DNA of 52,857 nt from Chiloscyllium plagiosum (Eukaryota): NCBI RefSeq assembly GCF_004010195.1, contig NC_057718.1, forward strand, positions 5,526,701 through 5,579,557. The letters run 5' to 3'. This document shows positions 22,531 to 34,168 of the stretch, piece after piece (position 1 is the stretch's first letter; each line of letters begins with the position of its first letter). The translations under genes and the position numbers were made by a program. Below the pieces are notes generated by a model. The model was not told where the DNA came from and made no database searches. It saw only the letters and a list, made by a program, of their open reading frames with translations.

Positions 22531-23034
22531 TGAGTATTATGGTCTTATTTGGTGTCCATGCAGCTCAACAAAAATGACACGGAGCTGATTTCTCATAATA
22601 TTCAGTCCTTCTTTCTTTCTTTTCCACTGGAATATGTTTGTCTGAGTATTCTGAAATATCTCCTTTAAAACTGCCTCTGTCTCTACATATTTTCTTCAAT
22701 AAATTTATTTTTTATACATCAAGTGAATCAACAAATCAATAATTTAACAGTAGTTGGACACACAGATTTATAGAGGCAACACAAATGTCACAAAACCTGG
22801 TGAAAATATTCCATTATGATGAAAACTACAGCTCATGGATCAGATTTCATGACTCCTAACTTACACTCTGTTCTGCTTCTCAACAAGGACACAGCCACTG
22901 CCCATCCCTTGGCTTCCAGAAGTGGAACTGGAGTTTGAGTAACAAACAACACAGTGAATTAACCTTTATTTTTCAATTATTGATTTCAATATAACCTCCA
23001 TGACTAGCATTCTTTTGAAACTTCCAAATACATA

Positions 23035-23362
23035 CAAATCCTACAGTGTGGAAGCAGTATATTCAACCCATCGATTCCACACCAACCCCCCGAAGAGCAT
23101 CTCACCCGGACCCACCCCCTAACCTATCCCTGTAACCCTGCTTTCCCCATGGCTAACTTACCTAGCCTGCACGTCCCTGCACACCACAGGCAATTTCCCA
23201 TGACCAATCATATCTTTGGATTGTGGGAGGAAACTGGAGCACCCAGAGGAAACCCATGCATACACGGGTAGAATGTGCAAACTCCACACAGACAGTCACC
23301 CGAGAGTGGAATCAAACCCAGGTCCCTGGCACTGTGACGCAGCACTGCTACCCACTAAGCCA
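23035..23362 (-). mobile_element. HE1-type SINE
   Basis: Reverse complement of head, V-domain-like body and tail. Confidence 0.87.
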
Positions 23363-24144
23363 CACTCTTACACTCCCATAATCTCCTACACATTATTAAT
23401 CCCAAGGCCCTTCACAGCTGATTTCGAATGTAAAAATCTTATCAATCTGAATAAGAGGCATCTTCAAAAGGCATGTCCCAGCTCTCACCCTCTAAGATGC
23501 TTTTAGTTCAGACTGATGAGATTTTTACATTCTCAGTCAGCTGTGAAGTCCTTTGGGCTAGCCTGAGATCATGAGAGGTGCTATACAAATACAAGTTTGT
23601 AACCCACACCCTCACAGAACATAAAAGCAGTGAAATGTCTCAAATCTGTTCCACTCTCCAGTGATTTGCTCAGGAGTTAAGACCTGGTCTTTATTCGACA
23701 ATAACTTTCTGATTCATCTTTATCCCAATATTGGTGACATCTTCCTTTATACTTTGGTTTAGTTCACAATTTAAAAATATGCCTCATCCATAATAAAGTT
23801 TGCAATGACATTAATTATTAGTCCTCCGCCACAGGAACGTCTTCTCCGCTGCCCAGCTGGGGCAATTTGATGTGTACTTGAATAATTCAGAGCTAAATTG
23901 CTTTTAATTGCTTTTGTATTCAACTTAAACATAATTATGAATGGATCAGTGAAGCAGTGAAAACAGCAAATGCAGGGAGGTTTTAGCCTATGTATCAAAT
24001 TATATTTTTAGACATTTAGTGAACGACAATGATAATAGGCAAAAATTAGTCTCTTATAATGTCAGGGAGATCACAGTCAAGCTTTATCTTTGAAACAAAA
24101 CTCTGGAAAGTCAGTAGGTCCAGAGCCATCTGCATAGGAACAAG

Positions 24145-24320
24145 GAACATAGAAACAGGAATAGGCCATTCAGCCCCTCAAACCTGTTTTGCCACTTAGA
24201 GAGATCATGGCTATTCTGTGTCCTTTAGCCCATATCTCTTAATAGATTTGCTTAACATAAATCTATCAATCTCAGAGTTAAAATTACAATAGACCTAGCA
24301 TCCACTGCTCTTTGTGCATC
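24145..24320 (-). mobile_element. CR1 3' tail fragment
   Basis: aacaggaataggccattcagcccctcaaacctg...gatcatggct. Confidence 0.7.
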
Positions 24321-24454
24321 TATAGATAGAGAAGAGGAGTGAACGTTATACTGAAAATTTTGTGGACATGAACAACAGGACCAAATGGGACTCCTGAGCT
24401 CACACTTGCTGTCAGCGAGACTAGCTCAGCAATATTATTGAAAGTAGACCCCTA

Positions 24455-24687
24455 GAGGAGGCAACAGCCTCATGGTATTATCACTCGACCAGAGAGCCAA
24501 ATAATGTTCCAGGGATTCTGGGTTCAAATCCCACCATGGCAGAAGGTGTAATTTGAATTCAATAAAAATCTGGGATTAAGAGCTAATGATGATAATGCAT
24601 TCATTGTTAGAAAAACCCATCTGGTTCACTAATACCCTTAAGAGAGGGAAATCTGCCATCCTTACCTGGTCTGGGCTACATCACAGC
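24455..24687 (+). mobile_element. SINE family 2, 5' part
   Basis: gaggaggcaacagcctcatggtattatc...ggttcaaatccc box B...ctgccatccttacctggtctgg. Confidence 0.8.
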
Positions 24688-25682
24688 TGTTAACATCAAC
24701 CACGCCAACCTCAAGAATGTGTGACCAAAATACCACCAACATATCTCCTGTTTCAGCAGAGGTCTGAGCATCCTACACAATCGTCATCCCCCCCCATCCA
24801 CGTTTTGGAATGGTGCACCTCCTCCTGGCTTACAAGCAGAAGTTGTAGTGTGAGGATGCAGTACAGAAGGTAGTGCAGAGTTGGATTGAGGAAACAAAAG
24901 GGATTTTACGGAACTGCTTGGAGTCGGTGAATGGTCCATACTGCCAAACTAAACAAGTATACCACTTTGATAGTAAGTGTGTAGCTGACTGCATGCCGGA
25001 GAAGTTAATGCAAATGTTCCCAAACAGAGAGTGTGGATGAACCGGGAGATCCACTCCCTCCTGAGGTCCAGATCTGAGGCGTACAGGCCAGGTGACCCCG
25101 ACCTATACAGGAAATCCAGGTACAACCTTCCTGAGGCCATCAGACACCCCAAGAGGCCATACCAAACTAAGCGTAAGACCCAAATCAACCACATGGGCAC
25201 CTGTCATGTGTGGCAAGGCTTGAATGACATAACGGGTTACGTAGCAAAGTCGATTGAAATTGCATGCAACAATTCACCCCTACCTAATGAGCTCAGTACA
25301 TTCTACACTTGCTGTGAACGGAAGGTCAGTGAAACAATGTCACCCATGCCTACAGCCTGGGATGCACCTATACCCCCCTATCACAGACACTATATCGGCC
25401 TTCTTCAGGGTGAATACATGGAAAGCACCTAGTGTGGATGGTGCCCCCTGGCGTGGATGGTGCCCCCTGGCTATGCACTGAGACTTTTGCAAGGAGCTCT
25501 TTACTGCTAATGTTGATCTCTCTCTCTGCATCTTCCCGGCACTTATAACACTGTATCCTGCACTCTGTCCTGTTACCCTGGTGCACTTGTACAGTACGAT
25601 CTGGATGTAAAGGATGTAAGGCAACACGTTTCACTGTACCTCAATACACGTGACAGTACTAAATCAAACCATATCAAGTCAA
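24688..25682 (+). mobile_element. Rex1/Babar-type LINE with a large internal deletion
   Basis: WMNREIHSLLRSR...GDPDLYRKSRY homologous to 17158-17700; jumps at ~25480 to a 3' UTR similar to 32230-32290. Confidence 0.78.
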
Positions 25683-25814
25683 ATAATCATTGCATTATTG
25701 TTTAATTTTGTTTGTAATATATTATTACTTTTCTCTTGACTAAAGAAACCAGGCTGACTTGTTTCTAACACTAAACCATATTGAGTCTAAAACCTACATA
25801 ATTGGTTATATCAC

Positions 25815-25920
25815 CAGTTGTGATGAAGAATCACCAGACCCGAAAATTTGACTCTGCTTTCCCCCCCCGACAGATGTTGCCAGACCTATTAACTTTCACC
25901 ATCCACTTCTGTTTTTGTGT
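25815..25920 (+). mobile_element. old solo PLE terminal repeat
   Basis: gtgatgaagaatcaccagacccgaaa core-like motif; flanked by ttggttatatcacc / ttggccatatcacc. Confidence 0.6.
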
Positions 25921-26072
25921 TGGCCATATCACCATTCTTATAATTTGTTTCTAAATGTTCTGAAAAATGGAGGAGAAGAGCAAAAAGGAGTAGTTGCAAT
26001 CCTCCTAACTTGATCAGAATAAATCTCTCAATTTGCATGTAGCAATGTTCAGTTGGCATCCTGGGCACAAGT

Positions 26073-26254
26073 CAGGCAGCATCCGACGAGCAGGAAAATC
26101 GATGTTTCAGGCCGCAGACTTTCATCAGGAATTCCTGTTGAAGGTCTTCGGCCCGAAAGACGATTTTCCTGCTCCTCGGATGCTGCCTGACCTGTTGTGC
26201 TTTTGCAGCAACGCACTCTCAACTCTGATCTCCAGCATCTGCAGACTTCAGTGT
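26073..26254 (+). mobile_element. family-B PLE fold-back inserted in the Gypsy RNase H
   Basis: Axis ttcatcaggaa|ttcctgttgaa; TSD atcctggRcacaagt at 26058-26072 and 26255-26269. Confidence 0.88.
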
Positions 26255-27804
26255 ATCCTGGACACAAGTGCAATTGATTGTCTTTTACCACGGGGGTGGG
26301 GGCGTTGTTCTAAGCCCTCTCTGACCAGCATCATTCTGCAACGTGACTTCAGCATCGATTAAGAACCTTAGCATTGGCATTGTTGTTACTTCTTGTTTAA
26401 TATAAGCAAAAGTTGCTTCCTGTTAAATGTCCCTGTACCTCTGACCCTTCAATGACCTTGTGTAGTGATTCACATTCTGAAGAGAAATGGGGGAAACAAC
26501 TTTGTTGGAAAGTTCACAAATCCAGTAAATCAGTGTACCATCCTGACATGTATTGTTTGCTGCATCTGTGCTGCAGCCCTCACTATGTCAATTTCAGGGT
26601 GAAGTCTTTTCACTGCCAGTACAGAGTCTATTAACCTAGTTTTAATAGCAATTTTTTTTATTCAGCTTCAGGTTTATGTGACAAGCTCTCTTTTGTAGTC
26701 TGAATATGGTCAGTGATGGTATCTGTACAATCACTTCCAGCCCAGGAGGTTCACTGACTATTTCATGTCACTGGCATTGACACTCTCCTGGAGCAGGGAA
26801 AGTGTCAAGCACAGCCATCTGTACCCTCCAGATAGTGTCAAAGTATAGTCAGGAAACTGCTGTCTACATCCCAATGCCATTTACCAGCATCCATCCTTCA
26901 CATATTGGATGGTAAAGACTTTTATCTAGGCAAATTACAGCAACATTTCTTCAATGATCAGTATATAGTAGCAAGATCCCTTCAAAGATTTATTGGGGTC
27001 TTTTGATTTTGGCCTCGCACACTGTCAGCTTTCCAGGCTTTGGATTATCAACATGTCGCTATTCCAGTCTGTCAGATTTGTCACTTTATTGATTACTCCC
27101 ATTTTTTTCCGACTCCTCTAACTTGTCTTTAAGACAAGACTTGGGAGCAGTTGGAAATCTCCTTGGAAAATGCTGAGTTGGCCTCCTGCCACATCCATTT
27201 CAAGAGGTCATTCACCAGGAAGACATCCAAGGCTCATAAAAACATTTCTATAATTTTTTTAGGATCTTTTCTTAAACTATTATCTTGGTGCATAGCTAAA
27301 TGCTGCAAATTTCTTTGTGTTGAGTTATCAGTTCAAGCGTCAGACTTGCTTCAGCTGTGATGAGGCGTTTCGCACAGTTTCTCCATTCAGGAGCTGCAGA
27401 TCTTTTTTTCCATAGCATTGATGTCTCAGCTTCATTTGTGCCCTTGGGGTGAGTACCACTCCATTATATAACTTCGACATTATCATCAGTGGATTCATTT
27501 TCAGGTCACCATTTTGTGTAAGTTCACACAAGTCAGTAAAGGTTTTAATGTAAAGGTCTTTAAAGGTTTTGATGTTTCACCTAACACCAGTATCGATCTA
27601 ACACTTCGCAAACACTCAAATCTGTGCTGCTGCAGTAACTGTTCCAATAGATACAAGTTTTTTTAAACTTGAGACTTGATAGTGCAAGCCTTACTAGCAT
27701 GCATTACAGCATAGAACTATTCCTCAGAATCAATGTTCCATATTTCTCCAGCAACCATTCTTGTGGATTGGCCGAATCTATAGAAAGAGAAGCAATTAAC
27801 AATT

Positions 27805-27938
27805 CAGGTTCTGAGAAACAATTATAATCAAAGCATTAACTCTATTTCTCTCTCCACAGATGCTGTGAGACTTCTGAACTTCCCCAATACTTCCTGTTTT
27901 AATTTCAGATCTCAGTCATCTGCAGTAATTTGCTTTTG
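27805..27938 (+). mobile_element. old PLE terminal repeat inside Gypsy
   Basis: tctctctccacagatgctg...ctgaacttccccaatacttcctgtttt...cagtcatctgcagta. Confidence 0.55.
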
Positions 27939-28124
27939 CCTTATATTCTTGTCTTTCGTCTTTCTGGCAAAAATGCCAAGTTTTTCAGGTATCTGCAGTG
28001 TTTTCACCACACTCGATACATCTCCTTTTCTTTTGTACTGTGTCCTCCACAATATTTACCCCTCCTACTTTAACCTTTGACCTGTGGGTCCTCTGCAAAT
28101 ATTTCTTTCATTTTCTCCTCTGTA

Positions 28125-28337
28125 CAGGCCGTTCTGCTACAATGCGTGTTTCATTAACGTGAATTCGCTGTATAGTGATTGACGAATTGGGGGCACAGTT
28201 TCTAAAGCACAAAGTTTTAAAACGTGTTGGCTGTAACGCGATTACATCACCAACACTGTAAGTGCTGTTTTTGAAGCACGATTTTTCTGTAATGCAGGGC
28301 TGCACAAGGACCAATCCTGATATAGAAGAACTACCTG
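28125..28337. mobile_element. MITE (same family as 15650-15859)
   Basis: TIRs caggccgttctgctacaa / atatagaagaactacctg; TA on the left. Confidence 0.78.
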
Positions 28338-28625
28338 TTTTGATTAAGAAAGCCTGGACTGCCTCTCAGCACAGTTAAAAGCTTCATCAGTTCTTCCATC
28401 AATGCTCTCAAGCTGATGATTAATTCTGAACACCTATATAGCTTTCTTGATTCTCTACTCTGAGCAGGCATACTCTTGTTCCTAAGCTCATGCTAGTTTA
28501 AATAAGATCAAACTTTAGTTGTCCACCCAAGAATCAGCTACTTATATCAGTGCAGTCACATCCAGACCTATACTCTTCCCCTTTTCCTGAGCTCTGGTGT
28601 CGAAAATGTAGCATTCATAATAAGC

Positions 28626-28908
28626 AGCACAGTGGCTCAGTGGTTAGCCTGTGTGGAATTTGCCATTCTATCTGTGTCTGCGTCGGTTTCCTTTGGGTGG
28701 TCCAGTTTCCTCCCACAGTCCAAAGATGTGCAGGTTAGGTGGACTGACCATGCCAAATTGCCCATCGTGTCCAGGATGTGTAGCTTAGGTGGGTTACCCA
28801 TTGGGAATGCAGGGTTCCAAGGATAGTTGAGTCTGGGTGGGATGTTCTTTAGAAGGTTGGTGTGGACTTATTGGGCCGAATGTCCTGCATACTGTAGGGA
28901 TTCTATGA
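28626..28908 (+). mobile_element. HE1-type SINE with a deletion in the head
   Basis: gcacagtggctcagtggttagc joined directly to ctgtgtggaatttgc. Confidence 0.82.
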
Positions 28909-29540
28909 ATTCATTAATAGGGGCCTCAAAATATGTCTTCAAGGCATCCAAACAGGCTTTTCAGCTCCTCAGTAGAGTCTAGTGTACAATATAGCTTACA
29001 ACAATTTCCCAGTGCTGGTTACAGAATTGACATTCTTGTTTCCCCAGGTTTCTTGTCTATTGGAGAATTCTGACAATAAGACTAGAAGGTTTTCCAATTA
29101 TTTCTCCCTTCATCTTTGGAGGAGCAGATATAAAAGTTTTTGTGATGGAGTGGTACTGTTCAGATCTCTGGGCTAGAGAGTCTCGACTCAAGTCTCACTC
29201 TCTTGGGAGAGGTGTCAAAACATGTCAAAGCTGGGCTGAGTACAATGTCATCAGGAACAGGTACTGGAATATTCAAAAACAGTTTCTCACCCAGCAGTTG
29301 ATGTGATGTGCAAAGTTTGAGATTGGTTTCATATTCTCTGCTGTTTTCATCAACTGCTGACTTTGTTAAAGCAATGGAAATTCACTTGACCTTTCCACAC
29401 TCCTGGCATCAGGTTTCATATGGCCAGTGCAATGGATTCTGCTCAAACACCTTCATAAACAAAGGATAATACCAGAGGTCAAATGACTTATGGCAAGTTA
29501 CTGGCAAGGCACAATGCTCAAAACCATTTCTGCAAATATA

Positions 29541-30286
29541 TCTAAGATCCTGAGGGGGTTCTTCAGGAAATGCAACAACGCAGGAGTTGCCGAGCAGAGG
29601 CTGATAGCCATGAGGATTGCCTCAACAGGAACCTTGGGTTCATGTCACACGACAGGTGATCCCACCACACCATACACTCTCTCTCACACACACACATGCG
29701 CTCGCGCGCACACACACACACACACACAACCTCTCTCATGCACACTCACACTCTCTCCCTCACTCTCTCACACACACATACACACACGCGCACACACATA
29801 TAAGTCTATGGGGTGAATCTGCATTTGCTCGTTTATGTTTGCAGATACATTCTATTTTGTTCTAAAGGCAATCAATCTGTAGGCAGTCAGTCCATGTGAC
29901 ATTTTATAAATTCCTACTTTGGAAAAAGAACCTGCCTGACTTAAAGATTGAAATACATACAGATTCTAACTTCACACCTTTAATGCATTGTCTGAGCTGA
30001 GATATCACCTTTTTGTTTATAAAATCTTGTTATCTCGGAAATGTGACTTAAGAGAAATTATTGGATTTACATATTAATCAATCAAAACCTGCAACCGATT
30101 CCAAGTGATTAAAGACTTAACAACAACCTAGGTTTGTTCAATACATCTAGTATGATCTTTTACTAGAAATTCTGTGTCCTATGATCCTGCCCGACTATCC
30201 ACCTGAAAAAGGAGCAGCGCTCCGAAAGCTAGTGCTTCCAAATAAATCTATAGGACTATAATCTAGTGTTGGGTGATTTTTAACTG
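29541..30286 (+). mobile_element. Penelope-like element (family A) 3' end: ORF C-terminus, CA/CT microsatellite, terminal repeat
   Basis: VAEQRLIA...LNRNLGFMSH C-terminus; terminal repeat with cacCTGAAAAaggagcagcgctccGAAAgctagtg at 30200-30234. Confidence 0.82.
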
Positions 30287-30475
30287 TGAAGGGGATTGAC
30301 AGGGTAGCTGCTCGGATGATCATTCTCTGCTTGGGGGGGCTCACGATTAGAAAACAGAGTTTAAAAAATAATGATCTGGAATTTAAGACAGAGTTGAGAA
30401 AAATGTTTGCCTCTCAAAAGTCTCTGGACTTCTCCTGTCCAAGGAACAGCGAAGGCTAGACCATACAATTCAAGG

Positions 30476-30548
30476 GTGACCTGCTGTGCTTTTCCAGCAC
30501 CACTCTAATCTTAACTCTGATCTCCAGCATCCGCAGTCCTCACTTTCG
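30476..30548 (+). mobile_element. family-B terminal-repeat 3' fragment inside an old CR1
   Basis: Perfect 15-bp TSD ccatacaattcaagg at 30461-30475 and 30549-30563. Confidence 0.85.
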
Positions 30549-30719
30549 CCATACAATTCAAGGCTGAGTTGGGCAGAATTTGAACTGAAAGGGAAACAAG
30601 AGTTTGAGGTCCAAACAGTGAAGAGGAGTTGAAGCCACAGTCGAATCAGCCATGATCATATTTAATGGTGGATCAGGCTTGAGGGGCCAAATGGCCTACT
30701 CCTGCTACGATTATGATTT

Positions 30720-31390
30720 TAAAAAATTCATTTGTAGGACGTGGGCCAGCATATACTGCCCTCAAGAAGGTGGTAATGAACTGCTTTCTTGCTGCAGCCC
30801 TCATGTTGTAGGTTGACCCACAATGCATTTAGGGATGGAATTCCAGAATTTTGTCCCAGCAGCAGTGAAGGAACGGCGATATATTTCCAAGTCAGAATAT
30901 TGAGTGGCTTGGAGGAGAACTTGGTGTTCTCATGTATCTGCTGCCCTTGTCCTTCAAGACAGAAGTGGTCATGGGTTTGGAAGGTGCTGTCTAAGGATCT
31001 TTGATGAATCTCTGCAGTGCACCTCGTAGATAGTACACACTGCTACTACTGAGCATTGGGGATGGAGGGGTTGGATGCTTCTTGATGTAATGCCAATCAA
31101 GCAAGCTGCTTTGTCATGGTTGGTGTCAAGCTTCTTGAGTGTTGTTGGAGCTGCACCCATCCAGGGTGCAAATAGGTGTATTCCATCAAACTCCTGACTT
31201 GTGCCTTGTAGAAGATAGACAGATTTTGGGGAGTCAGGAGGTGAGGTACTTGCCACAGTATTCCTGGCCTCTGATGTGCTCTTGTAGCCATTGTATTTAT
31301 GTGGCGAGTCCAGGTAAGTTTCTGGTCAAAGGTGACCCTTTGGATATTGATAATGGGGTAACACCATTGAATGTCACAGGGTGGTGTGTC
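30720..31390 (-). mobile_element. CR1/L2-group LINE 3' fragment (SINE family 2 tail type)
   Basis: LTPQNLSIFYKAQVRSLMEY..., WMGAAPTTLKKLDT..DKAACLI. Confidence 0.8.
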
Positions 31391-31494
31391 TCACACTGAT
31401 CAAGTAGGAGGCAGGGTCCACTGAAAATTTCATTTAAATATATTGTTAAAGACCTCTGATGGACTGATGAAACTTGATAAGGTGGAAAATCTCA

Positions 31495-32322
31495 CAAACT
31501 TAAAAATACGACAATGAAACAGACTACAGACAGGAGCTGGAAGACCTGGAAAAAATGGTGCACTGAGAACAACCTAGCTCTCAATGCTGACAAAACCAAG
31601 GAACTTATTTTTGATGTTTGGTGGGATGTTACTCATGCACCCCTACACATTAACAGCACAGAAGTTGAATGAGTGGAGAGTGTTAAGCTCCTGGGAGTGG
31701 TCATCCCCAACAACCTTTCTTGGAATCTGCATGTGGACGCACTGGTTACAAAGGCCCAACGATGTCTCTTCTTCCTCAGGCAGCTGAAGAAATTTGGCAT
31801 GGAAGTGAGTACCTTTGCCAAATTTTATCGGTGCGCCATCAAGAGCATTCTATCTGGATGTATCACTGCCTGGTATGGCCACTGTACCATTCAAGATCAG
31901 AGATGGTTACAGAGAGTGGTGAACTTGGCCCGGACAATCATAAAGGCCAACCTCCCATCTATAGAATCCATCTACCAGGTCCGCTGTCAAGGAAAGGCCG
32001 CCATCATTCTCAAAGATCCATCCCACCCTGGCAATGTTTTTCTACAACCTCTACCATCGGGGAGAAGGTACAGAAGCCTGAACACACGCACCAGCCGGTT
32101 TCGAAACAGTTTCTACCCTACTGTTGTTAGAACACTGAATGGCCTCATAAACTCTTAACATTCACCTGTACCTGTGTTTTTGTTTTTGTGCTGTTTACCT
32201 ATTATTTACTTATCTACGCTATTTAACTATGTGATTACCTGTATTGCTCACAAGACACTGTGCCTCTGTGCACGTGACAATAAATTCAATTCAATTCAAT
32301 TCGATTCAATTCAATTTAATTC
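31495..32322 (+). mobile_element. Rex1/Babar-type LINE 3' end with (AATTC)n tail
   Basis: ORF 31673..32158 KLLGVVI.NNLSW...SILSGCITAWYG...DPSHPG...LPSGRRYRS. Confidence 0.9.
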
Positions 32323-33677
32323 AGTACTTGGATGAACACCTGAAATGTCATAACATTCTAGACTGTGGATCTAGTGCTGGAAGGTGGGCTTAGTGTAGAT
32401 TTTAAAGTAGCATATTACTGGTGTAGACTTGATGGGCTGAAAGGTCTCTTTGCATTATGATTCTATAATACACAACTTAGGACAATAATGCCGATCGAAA
32501 TATTTGACAGAGATCAGGGAATGCTGAGAGTAGGCAGTAAGCAAGTCCGATAAAATTGTTTCCATGGTAATGAAACTCTCTCTTCAATATCAGTTCTCTC
32601 AGTTGGGGACTGCAAGCCGTTAGAACTGTGTGTGTTGATGGAATTGTAAGGCGTTACAGGGCAGAAGGAAGCCATTCTGCAACACATGCCCAGGCATGAA
32701 AGGTACTATGGAAATGCAGCCCTTTTTCCTTCCTATAGATAACGAACTTGCATTTACAAAGCGCCTTTCACTATTTCAGAATGACTTGAGTCGCTTCATA
32801 GATAATGATGTTCTTTGAAATGTAGTCATTACTGTAATATAGAAATGCCATGCAGAATGACCTGGTCTAACAGTATTATAGTCCAAACCCAGAACCTTCA
32901 TGATTTATTATTGAATCTGATTGTTCTTTAACACTGTGTGATCAACCCTTGTTCTGGGCAGTAGTAAGGTTTAATGGATCAAAACTTTTGTTTAAAAATG
33001 CCCTAAAGATCATAAAGAAATGTTGATGTGTGCATAACTCTCCTTATACTCCATACTGGACTAGTGGCTTGCGCGAGGTTACAAAGAATTCACAACACAG
33101 ACACAGGCCATTCAGCACAACATGTTGCTCAGGACAAGCCCCTGCACACTCTTCTTCTGCTCGGTCCATGAGAATATCCTTCTATTTCTTTCTCTCTCAT
33201 GAACCTATCTAGTTTCCCAAGTCATAGTAAGTGTGCCACATTGTGTAACCTCCAGCTAATTCACCATAAATTAGCTCCCAGTGTTTAAACACTGGTGGTT
33301 TTAGCCCAGACCATCCTCGACAAAATAGTGGCGAGGATGGAGGATTAAAAATTCAGACTTGACACTCTCCAGGTGGTACCACACCTTAAGGACTGCCTAC
33401 AGTTTGCATGTCTTTACTCACAGAGGGCGATACCCTCATGATATAGCTCAGACAAGTTTCACTCAGCTCATTCCAGATTGAGAAGATTTGCCTTATAAGG
33501 AAAGGTTGATAAATTCGGGTCTGTATATACTGCGGTTTAGAAGAATGGGAGAATACCTTAGAGAACACAAAATTCTGAGGGAGCTTGACAGGGTAGATGC
33601 TGAAATGCCTGAAAACTAAGAAAGACGTTTTTGAAATAAAGAACTTTCCATTTAAGATTGCACTGAGAAAGCATTTC

Positions 33678-34168
33678 ATAGAATCCTTGCAGTGTCGAAG
33701 CAGGCCATTTGGCCTATCAAATTAACATCAACCCTCCAAATAGCATCCCACTCAGACCCACCCTATACCCACAACCTTACATTTCCCATGGCTAACCCAC
33801 CAGTATGCACATTGGTAGCATGGTCAATTCCCCTAACCTGCACATCTTTGAACTGTGGGAGGAAACCCACGCAGACACAGGTGAGAACATGCAAATTCCA
33901 CACAGATAGTCAGCTAATTGAGTCAAGAGTAGAGTGGTGCAGGAAAAGCCCATCAGATCAGGCAGCATCCGAGGAGCAGGAAAATTCATCAGGCTTTTTG
34001 TCCGAAACGTCAATTTTCCTGCTCCTTGGATGCGCCTGACCTGCTGTGCTTTTCCAGCACCACTCTAATCTATACTCGGATTTCCAGTCCTTACTTTTGC
34101 CTAAGGCTGGAATTGAGTCCAGGTCCCTAGCACCTTGAGGCAGCAGTGCTAACCACTGAGCCACCGTG
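33678..34168 (-). mobile_element. HE1-type SINE split by a PLE fold-back
   Basis: Head at 34102-34168, body and tail at 33678-33917. Confidence 0.82.
33918..34101 (+). mobile_element. family-B PLE fold-back
   Basis: agagtggtgcaggaaaagc...ggagcaggaaaatt inverted against aattttcctgctcc...gcaccactct. Confidence 0.82.

Larger units (their letters stand above)
26020..29145 (-). mobile_element. decayed Ty3/Gypsy LTR retrotransposon internal region (gag-protease-RT-RNase H), interrupted
   Basis: Manual minus-strand translation: gag LDALKTYFE / YECYIFDTRAQEKGKSI; KYCGG at 28043-28057; protease IDTG at 27586-27597; RT GVINKVT..TDWNS, IKVFT, YRWL at ~26811-26825, NLKLNKKK; RNase H VTLQNDAG..GL and YMQIER. 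Domain order fits Gypsy. Confidence 0.8.

Noticed and set aside
26778..26808. Hairpin ttgacactctcctg-gag-cagggaaagtgtcaa as a structured RNA
   Set aside because: Lies within decayed Gypsy RT coding sequence (SPAP motif region); isolated and plausibly incidental.
31673..32158. 161-aa ORF as a host gene
   Set aside because: It is the C-terminus of a Rex1/Babar-type RT; 5'-truncated, with a stop just upstream and a microsatellite tail downstream.
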